From the NCBI GenBank assembly GCA_000708835.1, contig DF236954.1, positions 62,001 to 126,000 of the forward strand: a DNA stretch of 64,000 bases, given 5' to 3'. The position numbers and the translations under genes were made by a program. Of this stretch, positions 48,275 through 60,367 are shown in pieces (positions within the stretch are counted from its first letter, which is position 1; the number at the start of each line of letters is the position of its first letter). Origin of the DNA: Klebsormidium nitens (taxonomy: Eukaryota > Plantae > Klebsormidiophyceae). The notes beneath the pieces were generated by a model. The model was not told the DNA's origin. It did no database searches and worked only from the letters and a program-made list of their open reading frames with translations.

Positions 48275-49347
48275 GTAATTTCTGATCTGGCTATTGCTGC
48301 TTTCAAAGTAATTGAGTAATCTCTAATCCCTAAAAACGGTCCGAACCTTCTACCGAGATGGGGGGTAGTTTTGTGTAAGCAGTTAAATGCTCAAGGCAAC
48401 TTGTGCGGCAGTTCGCGACGAGCTGGCGTCTCGAACTTCCAAGATCAGTAGAGACGCCATCCGCGCCAATCGAGTCGAAAAGCTAGGAGGTTGAGATCTT
48501 AACACTAGGTATTTGAAGGGTGTCAGTGGGACGCTACTGAGGATTGATGGATCAAGCGGCAGATTCAACATTCAAGGAGTACGTGATTCGCGAGAAGTGA
48601 GAATGATCTTGTTGCGTCACAAAGCTGGCATGTGCACGCAAGCAATGCCATGCCAATATCCGAGAAGAGAAGGTACGTCGACCTTGGCAATCTGGCGCGT
48701 CCGGTCATGCAGGAATTTTCGGAGGCCGTTGGCCTGACGGTTGTTTAGTAAAGGAGTTCAATCAGATCTTTCCGGCCACTCTGTATTCAGTGACCGGCCA
48801 AGGTTCGCTGCCGCCTATAATGATAGCCTTAATAAATGAGGATGACAATCACCTAAGTAGATTTATAACCTGGCCATGCAAGACCTGGAGCAACATGATG
48901 CAATCATGTAGGTTGCCACCAATCTGCGATACGCATGTCTGATGATGCAACGCGCGAAAGTCTAACGTGCACAGCAGATGATTCTGGCTTAGATGATGTT
49001 CGACAATGCTTGTATTTGGACTCAGTGTCTGTCATGCAGCCTCCTACAGTCTCGAGCAAGAAATGTAGGAGGCACATATTGGCCGTGCTGCCTTGAGCAT
49101 TTGAGTACATTTACGGCCTTGCCTGACCCAGACTAGGATTGCAGCCATCGGGGTTGGCTGGAGGAACTGGTCAGGAAGAGAGGTCTTTAGGAGCTTAAAT
49201 GAAGAGTACCAAAACGCCCAGTTCTACAACATGCAGCGGCGTGTGTGATGTCGCGTTAGTGGGTGCCCCTTTTATCATATACACCTATGTTGATCTACGT
49301 GATCCCCCAGATCAGTCAAAACTAGGATAAGCTTCTCGTCCATTCAA

Positions 49348-52300
49348 TCAGTAAAAGTCCGCGTCCCAATAGTAGTCCGAGTTGTCGTCATCTCTCGACT
49401 TGCTCGCACCGCGCCCCTTGCGGCCGAAAAAGTCTTCCGGCCACTCGGAATCGAACGGCCTCCGCACGTTTGACCAAGAGCTCGCCCCCGAGCCCCGGCC
49501 CCCGTGAGAGCGCGAAAAGCCATGCGATCGAGACGAGCGTCCGAAGTTGCGCACGGACGACCGGAAAGTGCGGTCCTCTTCGTCCGCATCGTACGCCATG
49601 CGCTGCAAGAGAGATCGTAAAAATTTGTCAGCCAGCTAACGTGCTGACGATAGGTTTGGATAATGAGCACACCGAGCGATATTACCCATCGCTCTGGAAG
49701 GGCATTCGGCGATTGCCTACACATGCGCACGCAAGAGGTAGAATGTCAATAAACTGGGTTCGCGTCTACCAGACCGACTCTGGCCAAAAGACTGCGACAG
49801 CCATATTCGAGAGATGGGGAATAGATCTTGGGAAAGGGCAGAGAAGACTTGTTCCTCCAGGTTTCGAACTTCGGAGATCGCCTACCCGTTCCACGGATCC
49901 AGAGCACCGCTCACCTTGCTAGGATTTGACAGCACGTTGTACGCCTCGCCGATGATCTTGAACAGGCGCTCGGCTTCACTGTGGATCTCCTCAGTCACGG
50001 CCGCCTTCTCTTCTTCCTTAAGCATGCTCAGGAACTGCACAGCCTGCAAAACACGAAGAGTGCGGAGAACTCAGAAATGCATCAGGGTTTGAAAAGCAGG
50101 GCTGAAGAAGAAAATCCGAGCTACCAGGACACGGAAGATGAGCGAGACCTTTCAGTACGCCAGCTTGGATGTCAAGGGTCGGCCAGAGAGACAAAACATA
50201 TTGTTTCTGCTGACAATCGTTCTGCAATACGCCGAGAAGGCTGACGGATTCATTGCCTGTGTCCTTGGAGAGAGGAAAGGCAAGGCGATTGGTAAAACAG
50301 ATTCTCAGAAGTACCAAAAACATGCTTGGTACTTGCAGCCGCTAGCTGTGAAGCACCGCAGCTCTGAGAAATAAACAGATCCAGCTGGCAAACTGCAACA
50401 CTGCAAAACACTTCCATTGCCGCCTGCTTCCAGAAGATCCTCAATCCATAAGCACAGCAACATCTCATACCCTATACTTCAGCGCCGTACCTTATCCGGG
50501 TGATGCCGCAGCGCCGCCTTGCGGTACGCCTTTTTGATCTCCGCTTCGCCTCCCTCTTTCTCCACTCCGAGCACCTTATAGTGATCCACCGGGACGTCCT
50601 TTTGCACCGCTTCCTGAGCCTTCTTCTTGCGCTCTGCGACCCCCCGGATCTCCTGCGTGAGCTGCGGGTCCCGATGGGAGGCCTTCTGGCGTGACGTCAG
50701 GATTCCGGACAGGCGCTCCAGGTCGCGGACGGACTCCGAGTGGTCGCGGATGAGCTCGTGGAGCGTGGCGCGGCGGGACAGGGCCTGCAGAGCGAGGAGT
50801 AAATGGCGTGAGACGGAAGGGCTTTATCGTCTCCTTCGGCGGGAGAGCGCCTGCGAAAAGTCAAATTGCCTTCTCAGACTCCAGAGTAAGTGGAGTGCTT
50901 TCACTCCGCTCACTTTGGAGTAAGTACACTGCTGCAGTACTGCTGGGACAAGCGCGCCTAGATCCAGGAATTAAAAATGTGTCTTTGATGTCAGATGATC
51001 ACCGCGAACCGAGAGCGTGAGATTGCAAAAGAAGTCACACATGCGAGTCTGCCGAAAGTAGCGACTGCAGATTAAACGAAAGCTGAGTAAGCTGAGTGAC
51101 ACCACAACGTTTCATCTCAAGACTTCTCTTCTTGTCCAAAGGGTTGTAAGCGCGCCCCTTCTCCCCTCAGTCAGGAACTCACAACGTTTGCAAGGGCAAT
51201 ACCGATCTTTTATCAAACCGCTTGTTTGGCCCAAGCCACTCAAATGGCTCCTACGAGATTCAGCTTCTTATCTCGCTCAGGCCTTTCACAATTGGCCCTT
51301 TTCCAATCAATGCAAACAGTCTCCAAAACCCCCCGCCGACCCTTACCTTTGCATACCCGGGGTCGAGCACGACCGCCCGGCTGCAGTCTGCGATCGCCTC
51401 GGCGAAGCTCCCCAGGGCCTGGTACGCTGCCGCGCGGTTGGCGAGGCACACCGCGTTGAAGGGGCGGCTCGAGCTGTTGCACGCGAGCGCCGCCGAGTAG
51501 TGCTCGATTGCGACCTCGCGCTTGCCGGCCTGGAACGCAGCGTTGCCAGCGGCCTGGGAAAGGGAATGAACATGAGAAGAGCTCTGCATAGAGACTGCGG
51601 CAATTTGTTAATCAAGAGGTGGGCCGAAAGAAACAAGTTGCTTGTCCCCGAGTGGTCGGAAGCGATGGGGCTCTGCCGCTGCGGGGTCTTGCGGCACATG
51701 TAACTTTGAGACGACGAAAGCTGAACGGCGGAATTGTCAACGGAAAAGGGAAACCTCTCAAAATGAACACTTCCAGACACTCGTAGAATGAGGTCGGCTA
51801 TGAGATCGCTTTACATGTCAACCTGTAAGGAAGGACTCAAGAAACATCTTAAAAGATGCTTCCACAATAAATGAAAAACCCGATGGCGACTTTACTTACG
51901 AGCCGTGATACAATGAAACGCCGAGAGTCCGTAGATATTAGGCCCCATTACAGTTGGTGCTCCTAAGTGCACGAATCAGATCTGACCTTACGAAGTAGAT
52001 GAAAGAGAATCAAGAAATCAAGAGTTAATGCATCGCACCTTGTGTTTCTGCAGCTCCTTGATGAACGCTCGCAACCCCTCGAGAGTTTCTTCCGATGCAG
52101 CCGCCCTTCCCGCGCCCTTCTCGTTGACCGTTACCGCTTCCACCTTCCCGGCCAACTCGTCCGCCTCCTCTAGTTTCCCCAGGTGGTACTGCGCCAGAGC
52201 GCTCACACGCCACCGCCACGTTCGGACACTTTCTACCCCCGTTAGGACCCCGTCCGAATCCTCCTCTTCGCCGTCCGCGCCCTCGCCGCGCGCCCGATTG

Positions 52301-55300
52301 AGCTCCGACGCGGCCAGACTCGACTCGCAGAACTCAATGACGTCATCGAACTTGCGGAGCCAGAGGAGCGCGAGCGCGCGCAGCTCGTGGAGCGCCTCCG
52401 AGTGCCCTGCGACAACTAGGGTGGCGGACACGAGCTTCAGGGCTTCGGACGCGCGGCTTGCTGACACCTGGCGGAACGGCCGGGCTAGGAGGCGGGTCGT
52501 CTCGGGTGCAGAAACGTTTTCGGTGTCGGGCTGGGAAACGGAGGTCAGGAGATCCTGGCACTCAAGTAGCTCTGCCGCTTTGGTGACCGCTGCCAGCACC
52601 TCTTCCGTCCTCTTGAGGCTTTCGCACGCCTGCAGGGAACGAAGGCGAAAAAAATGTACACCACCGCTATGGGTCTACTTGAAGCTAAGCCTTTTGGGTC
52701 CTGACCGAAAGCAACAGCGCGACAGTACAGAACCAAGTTTGGTTACAAGACCAAATGTCCAAGCACAACAACGGAACAACAGTCACAGACCAGCACATCC
52801 TTTCCAGCCTAGGCGACTCAATTCTCAGAGAAAGGTAAGGAGAGGTTCACCAATCTCTCACCTCAGCCCAGACCTTGATGCTCACGCCCCCTCCACCGGG
52901 GTTTCCCGCCTTGGCGCATTCTGCGTACCACGCCCGCGCCGCATCGAACTCGCCCAGCATGAGGTGGCAGTTCGCGGCCCGGAGCCGCACCTTCTCGAAC
53001 TCGGGGTCGATTGCGCACGCCGTCAGACAGTCCGAGAGCGCCTCGCGGACGCGCCCGAGGGCCATTCGGACGGCGGCGCGGTTGCTCAGGCACAGCGCGG
53101 CCGATTTTGCACACCTGCATGGAAAAAACCCTTTTGAAATTTCCAGTCATTCGTCCGCATCTGTCCGAAAGTAGATGGAAGAAAACTAGAGCGACAGAAT
53201 GGCCGCCTAAAGCGCCTATTGGACGCGCCCGCGGGCCATTCGGACTGCGGCAAGGTTGTTCAGGCACAGCGCGGCCGATTTTGCACACCTGCACGTGAGA
53301 TGGAATGCACGGACTATTTGCGCATCTAAAGATCGCAGAGGGAGATGGAAGAAACATAAAGCGGCATGAAGGCGGCGATCCGAGAGCGTCATTCAGGCAC
53401 AGCACGGCCTCCTTTAGTATACCTGGCGATGGTGCAAACTCCCACTCGCTTCCAGAAGACACCCTCAGGAACGATCCACAATATCTCCAGACGGCCTCGA
53501 CCTTACGTACGCCAGTGAATGACTTCAACTGAACATCGTTTGTAAAGCAAATTAGATTTCACTCGAATCTATCTACTTTGGTAGACGCTCGCTTCAAACA
53601 CCCAACGAAAGTGAGCACTCTGTACCCGCTATAAACTCGACCTTCGAGTTGACTGCGCAACTATTGAAAGGACTGCGTCCGATGTCGGCAAATATTCTCA
53701 CCTGTCGTACACGAGCCCGTCTCCGGTCGTCACAGCGTCGACGCCCTTGGTGTAGAGAGCCTCCGCGCCCTTGTAGTCCTTACTGGCATACGCCTGGTTC
53801 CCCTTGAGCCGCCACCGCTCACAGGTAGATGCGGCTTCCGTTGCCTGAGCGGTGCTAAACGAGACCTGCAGGTTGGACGGGAATGTCAAATGGGGAGCAT
53901 CTGAAACTTACTCAAGAGCGTACGCGTGGAGCCTGCTCCATTACCTGAGCTGTGCTGAGCGAGACCTGCACGTTAGTCGGAAATGTCAGATGGGGATCTT
54001 TTGCAATAAATCCGGAGTGCTGGCTGAAAGTCAGGGCGAAGACGAGGACCGCCTGCTTTGGCTTGCAGGCATTGCGGTGGACAGTTCGCTCAAAACGCAA
54101 AGTAATCAATCAAGCCTCTGCACAGATGCACAGCAGCGGAGATAGTCTTATGGAGTTTCCAATATCAGCACCGCGCATAACAACAGGCGGCAGTCCCTTT
54201 TCTCAACATCGTCGCGACTTTGCAGCAAAAAAGACCAAGGAAAGCCGCTTGTGTAAGTGACCAAGTAGTCCGAGATGCAGGATTGCAGCAAGCAGACGTC
54301 TTGTCGGCCAGCAAAAAGCGCATGCGCAGCAAACGGTGTGGTAAGCCCCAGTCATCAACACCGGTCTCAGCAAGAGATAAAAAAGGCGGTCTGACATTTT
54401 TTGTGATGCGCCCAGAAACCCTCAACCCGCAGCCGAAACTTATGAAGCGTCTTGTCCTCAGCCTGTGCACTCACCACATCCGGAGGTAGATCGTCGAGAC
54501 CACCTTCAACCTTCGGCGCACCCTCTTCGACTGGCGCGCCGCTGGTCGGATCAAAGTACTGAAAGTAGCTTTCCGAGCTTTCTGGATAGTACACTTGGTT
54601 TCGGGACGGTTTGCGGCCCCCTGGCCCCTGAACCTCCTGCCTCTTTCCGTTTCCGTTCTCCTCGTCCATGGCTTCCGGGCTTGCCACGTCATCGGCTGTC
54701 AGATCGATGTACGAAGAGGCCCCTCCGGAAAGAGAACTAGAGTGGAGCTTGTCCCAGCTCGCGCGGGCTCTGCTGGGGCCCACCCTGCGCGCTTTCCGGA
54801 CCGGTTTTGGCGACTGCACCTGAGCAGCGCTTGTCGCTGCGGGATGGGGCATGGTGGACCCGGGAAAGATCGGGTTAGACGAGTCTGGGAACGTTGGCTT
54901 GCTAGGATCAGCGTACTCAGTACCTCCAAAGAACGGATTGCCGAAGATTGGGTTAGGGGAGGTGGGGAAGGTCGGGTTAGGAGAGGCGGGAAAAGTCGGG
55001 TTAGGAGAAGGGGGAAAAGTAGGATTAGGGGAGGGAGAGAAAGTCGGGTTAGGAGAGTTGGGGAAGGTCGGGTTAGGTGAATCCGGAAACTGGCTGCCTG
55101 CAAAGGTCCACTCTGGAAGCGCGCTGCTCTTTGCTGCATCGGAAGCGCCATAACCCGGTGGTTCCGGAAACCTGCCCGCCCCTTTTGGCGCCCCTGGGGC
55201 AAAGCCCGGGCCACTAACCCCAAGCACCGTCTTCTCTGCTGACTGCCTCGGAGCCTTGCCTCGCTCCAGAGACCGCCTCCGGCCGCCTTCGGTCGAACGC

Positions 55301-58300
55301 CGCAGCGAGTCGCTTCGCTCCATGGACCGTCTCGAAAGGGACGAGCGCCGGGGCGACTTGGGCGACGTCGGGCCTGACGCAAAAACGAACGGCCCGGCCA
55401 CCGGTGGCGGTCTGGGGGGGCTGCCCGGGGACTGGGCCTGGAAGGCAAACGGCCCCTCAGCAGCCTTTCCCGCACCGAAAATGAACGAACCTGCTGAAGT
55501 CTTTGGTGCAGCATCCGTTTTTATGTTCGCTGGAGGAACCTCTTCGGCTTTACTTGGTTCGTTGAACTTCGGTTCCGCTGGTCCGCCCCTTTCGCCCTCT
55601 TTGAAGCCCCCGAGCCTGCTAACCGGCTCGTCAATCCCCTCACTGACGCCCTCGGCCGGCTGTGCACTGCTGCTCTCACCACCGTTTGGGGCCTTGGCTA
55701 CGCTCTCCGCCTCGTCCTCAGCATCGCTTTCGGAACTCTCCGTCAACTCTTTTTGATCCACCGAGCCCAAGTCCATCTCCTCGACATCAGCCCCCAGCGC
55801 CTCTACTCCTTCGGCTGCTCCTGTAGCAGATTCGCTCTCGTTCTCAACCGCGCCAGCGCCATCTTCCCCCCCTTTGCCCACCTCTCGCGCCGTCTTTTTC
55901 AGCCGCTCTAGTTTCTCCTTCTCCCCACGGACCCAGTCCTTGTCCTGCGCCTCCGGGTTCACGTCATCATCGCTCTGGCTATCGCTCTCGCTCGAGTCGT
56001 ACTCGTACGGCTCCTTAGGCGGCGTCCACCGACCAGTCCAAGCCTCGCCCCCTTTCGCCGTCCGCTTATCGCCCTCGCTCTCCTCAAAGCTGCTGCTGCC
56101 CTCTTCCAAGTCCCCATCGTACGACGCACTAACCCGGACCCCATTCACGCCCGCCTTCCGGGGCCCCTTCACACCCGCCCTGGGCTTCCCTACCCCCGTC
56201 GCTGCGTAGCGGTTGTTGACAGTCGCTCCGAAGCCCTTGGCTTCTGCCGTCCCCGCACTCTGCTCTTCACCAAGGCCCTTATCCCCCCTTTTGGCAGCGG
56301 CCGGACTGGCGTCCTCTTTTCCGACCCGCTTCTCCGGCCCCGCACCATGCACATCTCCATTTTCGAAACTCTCCCGCCCGGGGGAGATGTCCATCGGCTG
56401 GGGCGACTCAACCCTCGCCTCCTGCTCTTCTTCCATCGGTCCCAGAGGTACCCCGCCGGCCCCTGGGTTCGCGCTCCCGCTCTCAACAACCCCAGAAGCA
56501 GCAGAGGCTGGTTTGGGACTTGCGGGTATCGGTGGCTTCCCTACGGGAGTCCGCTGCAAGCTCCTGGTCGCCGTGAACGCGGTCTTGCCGGAGGGAGACG
56601 CCTTCTTGGCCATCTTCTGCTCTGACCGCCGCTTCGCCGGAGTCCCTGGGGACACCCCTCCACCGCCAAACGCCACAAACGGGGGCACTTGGGGGCTTCC
56701 ACCAACCTCAGGACTCGAGTCCCGAGCTGCAAAGACCGGCTGACTCTTGCCGAACACCCCAGCGCCGAAGCTCTCTGAAGTCGTGTCCTCGTCTGGAATG
56801 GAGCCCTTGAAATGGAAACCCCTGAGACCCTCGAGGCTTGAAGCGGTGCCGGCAGCGGCTCCCTCAAATGTGACTCCCTCTTTCGACTTCGCCCCAGCTA
56901 AGTGGAGCCTCTCTGCGAAGCTCTGGCTGAATTGCGAGCTGTCAGCCTCGCCAATTTTCTTCCCCAGCGACTCGGGCTGATCGCGTGCGCCGCTCGCGCT
57001 GCCTCCGCTGCTCCCAGCACTGAAGACAAACGCATTGATGCCTTGCGGAGGGGCCGGTTTCGCCTTTTCAGGATCCGGCAGCGGCGACTGGACAAACGAA
57101 GGGGAGGGGAGATGCGAGCCAAAGCCTGGCGCAGCCGTTTGATTGGAGGGGGCCTGCGGAGGGGTCTGGAAGACGAAGGGGTTTTGGGCTGCGAGCGCCT
57201 TTGCTGATTGAGCACCGAAAACGACGAAGGCATCCCGTTCTGCTGCCTTGCTGGGCTGCTGGTTCTTTGCGCCTACCGCTCTCTCTGGAGGGAAAATCGA
57301 ACTGAAAGCAAATGGTGCTTTGCCTCCAAAGAGCACCTCCGGGGCTACATGGAATAAGGAAGCGCTCTCTTCGTTTGGCTGAGGCTTTGGAGCGGGCTTC
57401 TCCGCAGCCCGTGTGCTGCTTTGTGGCTTGGAGGGACTGACGGGGGGGGCTCTTGGCTTGGAGAGGTTTAGCTTGTCGAAGCCCTGAGCGAGGCCTTCCG
57501 CTTGCTGCTTTCGGTACATGGTGGCAAAGGGCCGCCGCCTGTCAACCACTGGCTCTTGCGCCTCTCCCAAACCCTGTGCGCTTGTGGGCCCCTTCACGGG
57601 GGCTGGAAAAGCAAAGGGCTCGTCCGCGAACAGGGAAAACCCCTGGGTTTGCCCTGGCCCAATGCTCCCCTTGCTCTCATTGGACCTGCTCTGACGCTCT
57701 TCCACGGTCGGAGATGCTGCCCACGTTGTGTCCCCCAAGCCAGATGCAGCGTCGGCAAACGCATCGAAGAACGTTGCGTCGGCAGGGGGCGGGCTATTGA
57801 GGTCCAGGAAGGAGCTGATCCCAGCCGCCTCCGTGCGCTTCCCCGCGCCTTTGAACCCCGGCCTGTCTCCGTAATTGGCCCTTATCGAATCAAGCCCATC
57901 ATACTGTGCACTGCTTCGGTTTCTGCTTGGAGCCACCCGCCCCTGGGGAGCACTGCTTGGGTTTCTGCTTTGACCAGGCGCTGCAAGCCCCCCGCCAGAG
58001 GCCAGCCCAACCCCTGACGGGCCTTTGCTCTGACTCTTGCCGCGTGTAGGTACTGCCTGGTCCCCGAAGCTCTCCCGCGACGTTGTTGAGCCCGACGTTG
58101 TTGGGCCCCCTAATCCTGCTGCCCCCCCAGCTTTCTCCCCAAGCACGCCAACATCGAAGCCCCCCGGCTGTGAAACTGCAGGTGCATTGCTGCTACGACC
58201 AGGCGCCGGTGCCGCATACCTCGGCCCGGCTGCGTCTGGACCTCCGGTTTTAGGATTTGCAGCAGCCTTCACCGCCCCTGGGTTGCCCCTCCACGGAACA

Positions 58301-59347
58301 TTGAAAGCAGCCGCTGCAGCGGCCGCCCTCTTCGACTGCAGGTTACTGTCCGGCACGTCAGCCTTTTGAACCCCTGACCCTCTGACCCCTCCATCTCTCC
58401 ATGCAGCAGGCGCCGGTTTCCCCTGGTGCGCCCCCCCAGTCTTTGCGCCGCTCTCCCCAGACCTGCGCTCCTCACGCTGGAACGAGTCCCTATTCTGGTG
58501 CTCGTCCACCATGCCGCTGGAGCTCCCAGTTGCATCCCGACCGAGACCATCACTGTGTGACTTTTCAAAAGCCCCCAGCCCTTCTCTAGCTCCTGACCCC
58601 TTGACGGCGAACCTTGAGTTCAAGCGCCCGTGCCGAAACCCTCCGGCTGCTGGCTGTGTCGCCCTAGTTGCGAAGCTAGCACCCCCAGATCCTGCGTCCT
58701 TGTTCTGACCAGCTGATGCACCAGCTCCAGTTGATGACAAGTTGGTGTCATTCTTCGACGACACTGACGGGCGAGAGCCTGTGGTCGACGAGAACCCTGC
58801 AGGAAATCGGGAGCCAGATCAAAGATTTTCAAAGCCCGCTTTTCAAAGCTTGCGATTTGGGAACCAGCAGTTCGATGTTGTGAGAGACCTTAAAGGATTG
58901 CTGAATAGATCTGACTGTGGAATGTGGTTGATCAATGCCACCACCTCCTATTTGAAGAGGCTTGACTGACTTCAACAGGACTTTCATGACTATCGCCGAT
59001 CGTCTCTGCTCGCGATAGAAAAAGGGCAGTGATCCAACAAAGTGTACACACTTCTGATGTGACAGATTCTGCTGACAGGCAACTGAGGCTTGCATGGAAG
59101 TTGTCCAACTTGAGCGTATCCACGATGTTTCAAAGCAAACAGTAAGAAGCGTCATGTTGTCATGCCTTACAAAAGAACAGACTGCAGGATACCGCGCGAC
59201 TCGTACAAACAAAAATCATAAGCATGTCCAAATGCAGAGGGAGCATGATCAGGATGTACACAAACCTGCGAACTCTCGGAAGCTGTCATCACCACCGAAG
59301 CCCAAACCGGAGCTGAAGTAAGACTGTGAGCCGCCTCCCTTTGCCAT
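49348..59347 (-). CDS. Large TPR-repeat plus C-terminal J-domain co-chaperone (DNAJC7-like plant type) with an approximately 1450-aa low-complexity N-terminus
   Basis: Exons 59266-59347 (MAKGGGSQSYF...), 54475-58796, 53702-53865, 52862-53114, about 52039-52630, about 51347-51553, about 50484-50786, about 49913-50043, 49348-about 49604. TPR motifs: KGNQAYASKDY, CLSNRAAVRM, AGNAAFQAGK, CLANRAAAYQALG. J-domain: DHYKVLGV...IKKAYRKAALRHHPDK...FKIIGEAYNVLS. Confidence 0.9.
53205..53295 (-). repeat. Intronic duplicate of the acceptor plus the first ~75 nt of the TPR exon at 53114
   Basis: GGACGCGCCCG(A/C)GGGCCATTCGGAC...CAGGCACAGCGCGGCCGATTTTGCACACCTGCA occurs at both about 53047-53118 and about 53221-53292. 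Confidence 0.9.
53941..54000 (-). repeat. Intronic duplicate of the acceptor plus exon start at 53865, forming a possible 21-nt micro-exon (53945-53965)
   Basis: On the minus strand the copy reads tgcag|GTCTCGCTCAGCACAGCTCAG|gtaatg versus the real tgcag|GTCTCGTTTAGCACCGCTCAG. Upstream intron sequence is duplicated as well. Confidence 0.8.
54930..55090 (-). repeat. Coding 24-bp tandem repeat (S-P-N-P-T-F-P-x, about 6-7 copies, plus 2 decayed copies to about 54855)
   Basis: Translation FPDSPNPTFPNSPNPTFSPSPNPTFPPSPNPTFPASPNPTFPTSPNPIF. The DNA unit on + is approximately GGGAAGGTCGGGTTAGGAGAxxx. Confidence 0.9.
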
Positions 59348-60367
59348 ATCAGTACAGCGTTCCCGACAGTCTTTGGTGCTGAATGACCACCTTTAGCCTC
59401 TGACCTGCAAGAAGCTTCTCCTGAGTAAGCACACAAGTGCTCCAACATTCCGATGCAAGATGACAACGACAAACTTCTGCACAGCATCAAACGGCAATCG
59501 AAGCATCCCAACACAACAACTTTTGACCTGGACACTCTCTACATACGCCTAGGTTATCTGTGATCAGAATCGGAAATTGTTTTGCAATTCAAGAAAAGCA
59601 TAGGCTGAACAGACGGTGCACCACCAAGCAACTTACTCAAACCTTTCTCCAGACCATCTCATCTGATTATCCCTGTTAAGAGAGCGTGCTGTATTGTTCA
59701 GTCCAAGTAGCAATCCTGCAGATACACACCGGGACACACCCTGACATTCATGCATCCTGAAAGAGCAGGCTGCTATTCATTACGCATTCATTACGGGCCG
59801 GGGTCGCAGAAGGAGACAAACCTTAAGTCCTTGATGTTTCTGCGAAACTCCGGGCCATAACCTCCTTCCTACAGGTCCTCTACAGCACTTGAATGTTTCC
59901 CTGATTGCCATCTCCGTCACCCTCCTCGTTCCCAAGGTCCAGTAAAGGAATCTGGGCTTCGTCTCCTCCGTTTTGACTTTTGAGAGTTGAGCTGCAGAAC
60001 TGCGTGTTTGAAGCCTAGGTACTTGGCGCCAAAATGAGGTGCAAAATTCATAGATCGAGACGAGACGCCTTGACAACATAACCACACACTTCCTCAGTGT
60101 ATTTTGATTGTTTTTGCACATATACGTACCCTGAAAGCAAGCTGCTGCGGACGTATGTATCTGTCTAATATTTATTATATTGCGTGTTCAGTTTTTGCCA
60201 CATGCAAACGACAGGATCGCGTATACCAAAAGAATATGTCAATATGGTTTGCTTCTAAGATACTAAACTCAACCAGGGGGACCTGTGAAAGTTGAACTTA
60301 AAACACTCTTGAAAGTCCAGGACCACAGGCAGCTGCTCTGAAGCAGAGCTGATCTGAGCGCCGGGCC

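Noticed and set aside
52028-53137. 369-aa plus-strand ORF
   Set aside because: Antisense shadow of the GC-rich TPR exons; low complexity, no motifs.
54595-58017. Numerous overlapping ORFs on both strands in the giant DnaJ exon
   Set aside because: Expected in GC-rich coding DNA; only the 54475-58796 minus frame is continuous and splice-linked.
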